37,251 bases of DNA. It comes from Trichomonas gallinae (Eukaryota). Location: the NCBI GenBank assembly GCA_008369845.1, contig MRSU01002376.1, positions 1 to 37,251 of the forward strand, given 5' to 3'. Positions 1 to 9,172 of this stretch are shown piece after piece. The notes under the pieces are model-generated. The model was not told the origin of the DNA. It worked only from the letters and a program-made list of their open reading frames with translations, and made no database searches. Position numbers and translations under genes: made by a program. Each line of letters opens with the position of its first letter. Within the stretch, counting starts at the first letter, position 1.

Positions 1-3
1 CGA

Positions 4-94
4 GTGTCAAATATTAGATGTAATCAGTCATTGTAAAGTGTAAATTGTCAAATATCGGTTGTTTTTAGTCATTGTAAAGTGTCAAATGTTAGAT
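4..94. repeat. Short imperfect direct repeats rich in TGTCAAA/TGTAAA
   Basis: GTGTCAAATATTAGAT (4-19) ~ GTGTCAAATGTTAGAT (79-94); AGTCATTGTAAAGTGT at 26-41 and 67-82. Confidence 0.6.
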
Positions 95-402
95 ATTAGT
101 AGGAGTTCGATAACTTCATCATGATCAAATCTTGAAGCAATCATAAGAGCTGTCCAGTTGTATTTATCTTTTGCATTGACATCTATTCCAGGAATTGTAA
201 GAAGATTTTTGACAACCTCATGACGACCTTCTTTTGAAGCAAGCATCAAAGATGTTCTGTTTGAGATAACATGCCTTGCGTTGATATCAATTCCAGGAAT
301 TGTAAGAAGAAGTTTGATAACTTCAAGATGACCATTTTCTGAAGCAAGAATTAAATCTTGATTGTTGAATTTTATTCGATGAACTGAAAGAAGTTTGATA
401 AT
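82..402 (-). pseudogene. Ankyrin-repeat gene fragment, about 3 repeats, 5'-truncated
   Basis: Manual translation: IIKLLSVHRIKFNNQDLILASENGHLEVIKLLLTIPGIDINARHVISNRTSLMLASKEGRHEVVKNLLTIPGIDVNAKDKYNWTALMIASRFDHDEVIELLLISNI*. In-frame TGA at 405-403 directly upstream; the first ATG is internal (246, 54 aa). Not in the ORF track. Confidence 0.8.
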
Positions 403-425
403 TCACGAAAAGTTTTACGGGCGTG

Positions 426-476
426 GGAGCAGATATTAATAATAATTATCAACAAATGGGAAAGATGGTTTTGCAT
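426..476 (+). pseudogene. Possible second ankyrin remnant in opposite orientation
   Basis: Translates GADINNNYQQMGKMVLH, resembling the ankyrin consensus GADINAKDxxGxTALH; very short. Confidence 0.3.
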
Positions 477-618
477 AGTTGTATACATGTGTCCTTGATG
501 AGCCAGATACAACACATGACATGAAATTTTCGAGATAAATGTACGAAAACATGTAGAAGATAAATTAATAATTTGAAAATCTAAATATTTAATCTAAATG
601 ACAGAATCTATATACAAT

Positions 619-2664
619 TTAAACTGTAGCACCAGAGCCAGAGTCAAAATCACTGTCTGACTCTTTTCTCTTGCTAGAAGATGATGTTGAAGTTGAATAT
701 TCCTCCTTTTCTGGCTTCTCTTCAACTGGCTTTGGCTGCTCAACTGGCTTTTGCTGTTCAGTGGGTTTTGGTTCTGGATCATTCTTCTCGTCTTCGGGTT
801 TCTTTTGTTCTTCAGCTTCTTGTTTCTGCATCTGACGCTTGACGAGGTTGTAGTATAGGCCTTGTTTAGCGACTAATTCTTCATGTGTGCCTCTCTCCTT
901 GATCTCACCAGCATCGAAGCAGTAGATAACATCCACATTCCTGATTGTAGACAATCTGTGCGCGACGATGATGCCTGTCCTCGTCTCAAGAATCTTATCC
1001 AACGCAGCTTGAACTTTCTTCTCTGATTCAGAGTCGAGAGCAGATGTGGCTTCGTCGCAGATAAGAATTGTTGGATCTTTAATGACGGCTCTTGCAATAG
1101 CGATTCTCTGCTTCTGGCCGCCTGATAATGTGCTTCCGCGATCGCCAACCATCTGTGAAAGCTGGTTCTCGAACTTTTGTACGAACTTCTTCGCGTTTGC
1201 TGTCTCGAGGGCTGTCCAGACTTCTTCGTCTGTCTTGTTCTTCTCGACGCCGTACATTACGTTCATCTTGACTGTCTCTTGGAAGAGAATTGGATCCTGC
1301 GAAACGAGAGCCATCTTCCTGTGCAGCCAACGTGGATCGAGGTCCTTAATGTTGTGTCCATCGATTGAAATGATTCCCTCAGTGACATCATAGTACCTTT
1401 GGATCAGCTGGACACATGTTGACTTACCAGAGCCTGAATGGCCAACTAAAGCAACACTTTCACCAGGTTTGACTTCGAATGTGACATTCTTCAATGCCAT
1501 AACTGATCTTGTTGGGTAGCAGAAGGACACATTCTCGAACTTGATGTGGCCAACGAATGGTTCGTATGTTTCGCCGCCTTCGAAGTTGATGTGTGTCTGA
1601 TAATTAAGTAATTGCATGATTCTCGCACCAGCGTGGATGGCTCTCTGCTCAGCATTGAGGCCGTTCATGAGCATAACCAAGCCAAATGAGCCGAAGAAAG
1701 TGAAGCCGAAGCAAGAGAATAATTGACCGGCACCAAAATGAGCTCCTGGTGTTGTATCAACCATTGTAGCACCCCAGTAGAGATCACCGAGGACGACAGC
1801 CCACATGAGAATCAAAATAATGGTGAACATGACTGTGAGAAGAATTGTGATGATTTTATCATGGTGAGCGCCTAATGCTGTCTGCTCGTTGAATCTCCTC
1901 TCATCCTCTTCTTCACGGTTGTAGCCTCTGACTGTTCTGATGGCTCCTAGTGTTTCTTCTGCAATTGTCATGGATCTTGCAACATTTCTGAATCTTGCCT
2001 GGCCATGCTTAGCAATATGTGGATGGAACAACACGATAATGATAGCAACAACTGGGAATAAGGCTAATGCGATGAGACCTAATTTCCAATTGTAAACAAA
2101 AACCATAGCCGTACCGATAACGAACTGGCCACCTTGCTGGAATTGCACGCCTTTGTTTCCACCGAAGCATTCTTGAACGACAGCCGCATCTTCACCTAGA
2201 ATTGTCAGTAAAGCGCCAATAGGATGTGTATCGAAGAACGCGACATCATATTTCATGATATTCGTGAATATTTCGTCTCTTATCTTAATGGCAACGTGTG
2301 CACCAGCTCTAATCCACATGAAACTCGTAAGTCCACGGCAAATACCAGTGATAACAGCGACAATTGCCTGATATATAAGCAATCTACCAATTCTTGGCAG
2401 TGGATCGTCAAGTTCTCCCAAAGAATATTCGCTCATCGCGTTAATAATGTAACCAAGAATGATGTAGTTGAAGATAGGAGTTGCACCTGATATGACAGCA
2501 GGAATTGTGCCCAAATAAGCCCATGGATCGCTAAATAAAAGTCCATATATTTTTCCACGGGCCTTAGAATTCTCTTCTCGTGAGAACTTCTGCTGTACAA
2601 TAAAACTTGAAGCACTGCTAGACATGCTGCTAGAGTACTCGCTCGACTGCGCGCGCGTAATCAT
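619..2664 (-). CDS. ABCB-type (MDR/TAP-like) half ABC transporter, TMD+NBD, with charged low-complexity C-terminal tail
   Basis: 681 aa; hydrophobic N-terminal half; Walker A GHSGSGKS, Q-loop VSQDP, signature LSGGQKQR, Walker B/D-loop ILICDEATSALD, H-loop AHRL. Confidence 0.95.
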   Translation of the reverse strand: MITRAQSSEYSSSMSSSASSFIVQQKFSREENSKARGKIYGLLFSDPWAYLGTIPAVISGATPIFNYIILGYIINAMSEYSLGELDDPLPRIGRLLIYQAIVAVITGICRGLTSFMWIRAGAHVAIKIRDEIFTNIMKYDVAFFDTHPIGALLTILGEDAAVVQECFGGNKGVQFQQGGQFVIGTAMVFVYNWKLGLIALALFPVVAIIIVLFHPHIAKHGQARFRNVARSMTIAEETLGAIRTVRGYNREEEDERRFNEQTALGAHHDKIITILLTVMFTIILILMWAVVLGDLYWGATMVDTTPGAHFGAGQLFSCFGFTFFGSFGLVMLMNGLNAEQRAIHAGARIMQLLNYQTHINFEGGETYEPFVGHIKFENVSFCYPTRSVMALKNVTFEVKPGESVALVGHSGSGKSTCVQLIQRYYDVTEGIISIDGHNIKDLDPRWLHRKMALVSQDPILFQETVKMNVMYGVEKNKTDEEVWTALETANAKKFVQKFENQLSQMVGDRGSTLSGGQKQRIAIARAVIKDPTILICDEATSALDSESEKKVQAALDKILETRTGIIVAHRLSTIRNVDVIYCFDAGEIKERGTHEELVAKQGLYYNLVKRQMQKQEAEEQKKPEDEKNDPEPKPTEQQKPVEQPKPVEEKPEKEEYSTSTSSSSKRKESDSDFDSGSGATV

Positions 2665-3105
2665 TATAAAACTATAAAAAAATATTTCTTAATTGAGATC
2701 ATTGAATTTTTTCTGAGTCTTAATATTACTTTGAAAGGAAAATGGGTCCAACCTTCTCAATTCACTTTTATTATCATCGATACTATATTTCTCTTTTTTA
2801 TCTCATACACTATCTATATTTTAATTTTGGAAAAAACTCGTAAACCATAAATCAATGAAAATTTTTCTCTATTTAAATCATATATATTAATGTATGGCAA
2901 ATAATATGCATATATATTGAACGATTATGAATAAAATTTTTTGATTCACTTTTTGATTGATATGATTTATCCTTATAAATAAATCTTGATCGTATTAATA
3001 GATTTATTATCTATGTCAATACTATAAAATTATATAGTTTAATGTCTTTAATTCAATTTGTGAGGTTCTCAAACCGAGAAATTTTTTGTTAATTTATTTT
3101 TTTAG

Positions 3106-4872
3106 ATGGTTGCCAAGAATGCTGGTGACGAGAAAGTGGAAATAAAAGGTGGAGAGTACAAGCGCATTATGAGGTACTATGATAGGAAGTGGATATTCAT
3201 AATCGCTCTGTTCTTCGCATTCATATGTGGTGCAATGCCTATGGTTATGAACGTTTTGATGGGTAACTTAGCTACTTTAATCACCACATCTACAGATTTT
3301 GTTGATGCTGTTGTCCAATTGATCATCAAAATGGTTATTTACATCATTTGCTTTACTGTAATGATGCTTATCCAGCATCTCGTCGCTGGATACTCAAACC
3401 CATTCTTTATCTCGGACTTGAGAATGCATCTTTACAAGAAATTGATGGAATTGGATATTTCTTATTTTGATCAAAACGAAACTGGTCTTTTGTTGAGCCG
3501 ATTAACAAACGACTGTGCTGTTCTCAATGAAGTTTACATCACAAAATTCATCATGGCCTTCCAAAACACCGTACAGGCCATCGCAGGTATCATTCTTTCA
3601 TTTGTTTTGGCTTGGAGAGTCACACTTGCCGTTTTCATCACATATCCAATCTGTGGCTTCATCTATTGGTACGGCCAGACATATGTTACTAATCTTTGGA
3701 AAGAATTCAACGAAAGCACGGCAGATGCAGGCACAAAGGCCGAACAGGTCATCAATGCTTTCAGAACAGTTAAGTCTTTCGATAATGAAATGTACGAAGC
3801 TGAAGAGTACAGAAAATCTCTTGATAAAATTATGGCTGTTTTCAACAAAGGCTCAAAGATCCAAGGCACAGAAGATGGCCTCATCCACATGATCATCCAT
3901 GCGATGATTCTATCCTTCCAATACTTCTCCTGCTGGATTATTGTTCGTCGTCCAAACTGGGGAATGGAGAATGGTGACCTTATGTCTCTCATGATGTCCC
4001 TCATCTTCTCAGCCCTCGGTATTTCAACAGCTCTTGCTCTCGTAGAAGATTTCGATCGTGCAAAGATTTCTGCTGCGAAGATCCTGCAAATCCTTGAAGC
4101 ACCAGTTGAAGTTGACCAGAGAATTGGCGAAGAGCCACAAACAGCCATCAAAGGCAAAGTCGAATTCCGCAATGTTTGCTTCAAGTACAAAGGACGCGCA
4201 GAATATGCATTAAAGAACCTGAACTTCACAGTCAACCCAGGTGAAACAGTTGCTTTGATTGGTGAGTCAGGCTGTGGTAAATCAACAACACTCCAGCTCC
4301 TCCAGAGATTCTACGAGATCGAGTCAGGCGAGATTTTGGTGGATGATGTTAACATTACAAAATGGTCACCAAAATATTTGAGAAGCCAGATCTCCATTGT
4401 TCCACAGGGACCAGTCCTCTTCTCCATGTCTATCAAAGACAACATTAGGTACGCTGTCCCAGACGCCAGTGACAAGGACATCGCTGAAGCTGCACAGACG
4501 GGTAATGCTCACCCATTCATCATGACATTCCCTGACAATTACAACACAATGGTCGAGCCTTCCTCACTTTCAGGTGGCCAGAAGCAGAGAATCTGCATCT
4601 CAAGAGCTATTCTCGTTGGCTCTCCAATCCTTTTGCTCGATGAAGCTACAGCCGCTCTCGATACTGAGTCAGAAAAGCTCGTCCAGGCTTCCCTTGAAGT
4701 CGCAAGAAAAGGAAAGACAGCCATCGTCGTCGCACACAGACTCGCGACAGTCATGAATGCTGACAGAATCTTGGTGTTCAAGGAGGGCCACATTGTCGAA
4801 GAAGGCAAGCACGATGAGCTTATGAAGAAGAATGGAATCTACGCTGACCTTGTTAAATTCCAACTCCAGTAA
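3106..4872 (+). CDS. ABCB-type half ABC transporter, TMD+NBD
   Basis: 588 aa; Walker A GESGCGKS, Q-loop VPQGP, signature LSGGQKQR, LLLDEATAALD, AHRL. Confidence 0.95.
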   Translation: MVAKNAGDEKVEIKGGEYKRIMRYYDRKWIFIIALFFAFICGAMPMVMNVLMGNLATLITTSTDFVDAVVQLIIKMVIYIICFTVMMLIQHLVAGYSNPFFISDLRMHLYKKLMELDISYFDQNETGLLLSRLTNDCAVLNEVYITKFIMAFQNTVQAIAGIILSFVLAWRVTLAVFITYPICGFIYWYGQTYVTNLWKEFNESTADAGTKAEQVINAFRTVKSFDNEMYEAEEYRKSLDKIMAVFNKGSKIQGTEDGLIHMIIHAMILSFQYFSCWIIVRRPNWGMENGDLMSLMMSLIFSALGISTALALVEDFDRAKISAAKILQILEAPVEVDQRIGEEPQTAIKGKVEFRNVCFKYKGRAEYALKNLNFTVNPGETVALIGESGCGKSTTLQLLQRFYEIESGEILVDDVNITKWSPKYLRSQISIVPQGPVLFSMSIKDNIRYAVPDASDKDIAEAAQTGNAHPFIMTFPDNYNTMVEPSSLSGGQKQRICISRAILVGSPILLLDEATAALDTESEKLVQASLEVARKGKTAIVVAHRLATVMNADRILVFKEGHIVEEGKHDELMKKNGIYADLVKFQLQ

Positions 4873-5940
4873 TTTTGTTAATTAGATCATAATACTAAAT
4901 AGATATACTATTCACAATCCATTTACTATTTCATATTATAGCTTAATCTAGATATAATAAGGTTAAGAATATCTTTAGATTGAGTTCTTTAAAGAATAAT
5001 TCTCATTCTAAAATGAAACTTTGTGAAAATTATTTTGGCTACGATAATTGTGAGATTTATATAGGTTATTCTATTAAAAATTTTGATTTTTTCTAGACAT
5101 TTAATTTGAAAATGTGTATGAATATTGCTCAAATTACAGGTCACACTTTACATGGAAATAATCGCACATTTAATGTTCAAGTGTTGTATCATTGAAGAAA
5201 TATAAAATGAATAATATAAGTTTGGTTTTCAATGATTTATATAATTGGGATGGTATTGTGAGACATTTGTATCTATTTAAAAAGGAAATCAAAGATAGAA
5301 ATGACATTGAATCAAAAATTGAATTAACAAATTGTTTCGAACAAATTCAATGATAAATTTGATTAGGAAATAGCGAGAAAAAACAAAATATTATGCAGAA
5401 AACGCTAAATCGAGATGTTTGCACCAATCATTTTAGAATATCGAAATAACCCGAAAAGTAATAACACCATAGGATCATCTAATGAAATATCAATTCATAA
5501 TATGATATTCTTTCACATTTCCAGAAAATCGCTCGAGATTCATTCAATTCGTCGTTATAAATAATTTTTATACTAATTGTTATAGTGGAATCTAGCAAAA
5601 ATATCACTCAATTCGGATAGTTTTTCTCAATTCAATTCAAAATGGTCAGATTATTGAGACAAAATGATGTTATTATCTTCTGTCTCTCAATGTCATTGAT
5701 TGTGAAACGACGGAACAGTCAAACTAAAATCAGCCATGCAAATTTTCAAAAGAAAATTGATTTACGGGTGCAATATTTTCATTATTTTGTAATATATGAT
5801 TTAGTTTATTGTTTAGAATGGTATTATTTTTGAGAACGATTATTTTTGAACTATAAATAATCGTAGTACATACAAATGATAATAGTCTGATAATGTATTT
5901 TTAGATAATATTTAGCGGATAAAATCAATTAATTCACATC

Positions 5941-6100
5941 GTCACTTTTCGATTAATGTTATCACTTTTTGTAATTTATGTTGTCACTTTTGGAAATTAT
6001 TTCCATGTATTTATATCTGGCAGATAAACTCTATAAAATAATTAAAATAAAATTTTAACCATTTGAATGGACGTAAAGTTGTCACTTTTGGAGCATCATA
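5941..6100 (+). promoter_or_regulatory. Repeated (G/A)TCACTTTT elements (reverse complement of trichomonad motif AAAGTGAC) plus Inr-like TCATA
   Basis: Copies at 5941, 5961, 5983 and 6081; GTTGTCACTTTTGGA identical at 5980 and 6078; TCATA at 6096-6100 just before ATG 6114. Confidence 0.55.
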
Positions 6101-6113
6101 ATTTAATTAATAA

Positions 6114-8621
6114 ATGGAAGAAGTCGACAACGATGTTGATTTAATCCGCGAATATTCAAGTGAATCATCATACGACTCAGGACCGACGGAATCGACGAAT
6201 AGCGAAAGCATGAGTACACAAACAACTACTCCGCCACAAACATTCTTGGATCCAAACGATATTGGTCCATCTACAGTATACTACAGAGAAACATCGTCAC
6301 GCCCTGATATAAGAGACCTCAGGGAGAAAGTCAAAAAGAGCAATATTAACAGAGCTCCGCCGGTTGATAGACAAAAGAAAAATATGGGCACATTTTTGGG
6401 AGTTTTCCTACCGATTATTGTAAGCCTCATGTCAATGACATACTGGGTTCGTGTAGGTAAACTCGTAGGCGACTGCGGCGTCGTATATTCTTTATTAATC
6501 ATCTGGGTTTCTGCTATTGTCTCTCTTATCCTCATTACAACACTTTCCGCGCTCGGATCAAATGGAGAAATGGACAGAGGAGGAATTTACTTCATCATGT
6601 CCCGATCAATTGGTCCTGAACTCGGCAGATGCTTAACTCTCTTCTTAGATGTGTCTACCTGCTTGGGCGCAGCTGGCGTCGTCGTCGGTTTTGCTGAAAC
6701 AATCATTTCTATGTACGAACCAAAATACTTCACTGGAACAAAATTAAACGATATTCGCCTCATTGCGTTCGCAGTCATGTTCTGCGCCATCCCGTTGTAT
6801 AGGTGGTGGACATATTCGCTTAGAATTACCGGTTTAACTCATACAATCGGTTTAATTTGTTTCTTCATTGGCTGTTTCTCGAGAAAACCAGGTTCAACAT
6901 CTGGCTTCACAGGTCCATCTGTTTTAACATTCAAAACTAACGCGTTGGCGCCGATGACTGTTTCTAAATTCTTCAGTTACATTTACACTGTATCTCCAGG
7001 ATTTACCGCACTTACCGGCTGCTGGTCATACGCAGGTAACCTCAAGAGACCCATGAAGATGATTCCTCGTGGTCTTTTGATTGCTTTTGGAGTTTCAATT
7101 TTAATTTGGCACGTAACAATCATTATGTTGGGCCTCTGCGCTGATAAAACATTCCTTGAAAGCAACGTCGCAAGTCCACTCATGTCATTCTCCATAAACA
7201 AGTGGATCGGCTTCACAACAATTATTGTATTCGGTATTCATCGTTCTCACGGTAACCTCGGTTACGAAATCGATCTTATTACAACACTCGCCGGTGATAA
7301 ATTGCTTCCTAAGATCAGATGGCATTATGATTATGTTATTCCGCTTACAATCACTGCTATTTTCGTTGCAATCGGCGATCTCGATTTTACAGCTAACATC
7401 AACACGATTTTCTTCCTTACTCTCTCAGTTGTCTTCAACTGGTGCGTTTGGTCGGCATCTAAGGCTCATATTCCAGGCTGGCGTCCAAAGGCTAAGTACT
7501 GGTCACCATACTTGAGTCTTTTTGGTGCTATTATCACATTAATTATGTGCTTCATGATTTCTTGGCTCAATACAATTATCAATTGGATAATTTTCGGCAT
7601 AATCTACTGGCTCAGCAACCATTACAAGACAGACCAGAACTGGGGCTCACTCAGGCAGGCTAAGGCTTTCTACGACGCTTACAAGCACGCTTTAGGCACC
7701 CAGAGAATCTCTCAGAATCCAAAACTCTTCAGGATCAACCTTCTGACAGTTGTCGGCGAAAACGAAAAGTTCGAAGAAACAACTCTTCCTTTCATCGACA
7801 TTGTTCTCAATGGCGAAGGCTTCTGCATCGTCAGCCAGGTTTTCAACGAATCAAACGGCATCAATGTTGCATTAGAGCAGAGAGTTGGTCTCCAGAAATA
7901 TTATGCTGACGCACACAATATTTTCTACGAGACTGTTATGGCGGCGAACCCAATTGATGCTCTGACGAGGCAGATGCTTACATCAGGCGTCGGTGCGTTC
8001 AGGCCAAACACAGTTTTCATTAACATGGACGGCAGATCTGCGGACGAAATTCACGAAATGATATTGGAAATTCTAAACGCGAAGTATGGATGCATATTGG
8101 CGACACGGCCGCATGAAATCAATGCTCAGAGCGATTACATCGATATATACTGGCTCTCCGATGAAGGAGGCCTCACTGTTCTTGCCGGATACATCATCGC
8201 CAAGTCGATGAAGAAGAAGATAAGAATCATCACTGTCGCATACACAGGAAACGGTGATACAGTCGAAGAGTCTGAGAACAGAACAAGGAAGCTCTGCGAG
8301 AAATTCAGGATTGAAGCTGAAGTTGTCGGAAGAGAACTGTGCGAAAGGAAGCAGAGACCATCTTCTTTGTCCACTGCTTACTGGGAGAATCTCACACAGA
8401 GATCTGCATACGACCAGACATTCACAAGGTTCTTGCTCTTCGCTGACATGATTCGCGAATTTTCAAGCAGTGCTTGCCTTGTCATCTCGACTTTGTTTGT
8501 CCCGACTGATGACATGAACGCCGCTATTTACGCTGACATCTTGAAGCTCATCTCCAACATTCCTCCTGCTTTCGCTTTTGTCAGAGGCAATGGAGAAAAC
8601 GTTCTCTCATGGAAAGTGTAA
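6114..8621 (+). CDS. SLC12 cation-chloride cotransporter family protein (APC superfamily)
   Basis: 835 aa; NGEMDRGGIYFIMSRSIGPELG, PGWRP, IDIYWLSDEGGLTVL and terminal VRGNGENVLS match SLC12 hallmark motifs; multiple TM segments. Confidence 0.9.
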   Translation: MEEVDNDVDLIREYSSESSYDSGPTESTNSESMSTQTTTPPQTFLDPNDIGPSTVYYRETSSRPDIRDLREKVKKSNINRAPPVDRQKKNMGTFLGVFLPIIVSLMSMTYWVRVGKLVGDCGVVYSLLIIWVSAIVSLILITTLSALGSNGEMDRGGIYFIMSRSIGPELGRCLTLFLDVSTCLGAAGVVVGFAETIISMYEPKYFTGTKLNDIRLIAFAVMFCAIPLYRWWTYSLRITGLTHTIGLICFFIGCFSRKPGSTSGFTGPSVLTFKTNALAPMTVSKFFSYIYTVSPGFTALTGCWSYAGNLKRPMKMIPRGLLIAFGVSILIWHVTIIMLGLCADKTFLESNVASPLMSFSINKWIGFTTIIVFGIHRSHGNLGYEIDLITTLAGDKLLPKIRWHYDYVIPLTITAIFVAIGDLDFTANINTIFFLTLSVVFNWCVWSASKAHIPGWRPKAKYWSPYLSLFGAIITLIMCFMISWLNTIINWIIFGIIYWLSNHYKTDQNWGSLRQAKAFYDAYKHALGTQRISQNPKLFRINLLTVVGENEKFEETTLPFIDIVLNGEGFCIVSQVFNESNGINVALEQRVGLQKYYADAHNIFYETVMAANPIDALTRQMLTSGVGAFRPNTVFINMDGRSADEIHEMILEILNAKYGCILATRPHEINAQSDYIDIYWLSDEGGLTVLAGYIIAKSMKKKIRIITVAYTGNGDTVEESENRTRKLCEKFRIEAEVVGRELCERKQRPSSLSTAYWENLTQRSAYDQTFTRFLLFADMIREFSSSACLVISTLFVPTDDMNAAIYADILKLISNIPPAFAFVRGNGENVLSWKV

Positions 8622-9172
8622 CTTATTTATTTTTATTTTTTATTTATATTAAATATTCTCTCCTTTTTTTAAAACTATTTTCTATATTAAATGGAACGCA
8701 AGACTCTGCAATTTATTTCTTATTATCAAACAAATTAAATATGAAATTGTGAATCATTCATTGGGGAATATCCTATAAGAATGGCTGGAAATATGATTAT
8801 ATAAAGATTCATACTATATAAAGAACATAAAATCAGTACTTATGAATATATATTCTATTGAGAATACAAAATGATTCACCTAATCTTATATTCTTGTTTT
8901 TCAAACGCGTGCTGAGTTCTTCCTTATTAAATATGTGTTGATGAATGAGTAATCGAAAATCGTTTTCCGTATATAATAGTAATCACCATCTTTGATAGTT
9001 TCCATTTTTCAAGAATGATGGTAAATTTATTTAATTTACATGGCAGTTTATATCAAATAATAACTTTACGTGGCAGTTTTAAGAATTAATTATATCATAA
9101 CGAAATATTTGATATTTAACATTGCCTGAATTCGTATATATTGAATATTGAATGAAATTTATTATATTCAAT

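Noticed and set aside
715..775. 18-bp repeats in the ABC transporter tail
   Set aside because: Ordinary low-complexity coding repeat (QKPVEQPKPVEEKPE)
5100..5833. Possible decayed gene and the 63-aa ORF 5642-5833
   Set aside because: Some protein-like stretches (NDLYNWDGIVRHLYLFKKEIKDRNDIE) between stops, but no recognisable family; cannot be supported without BLASTx
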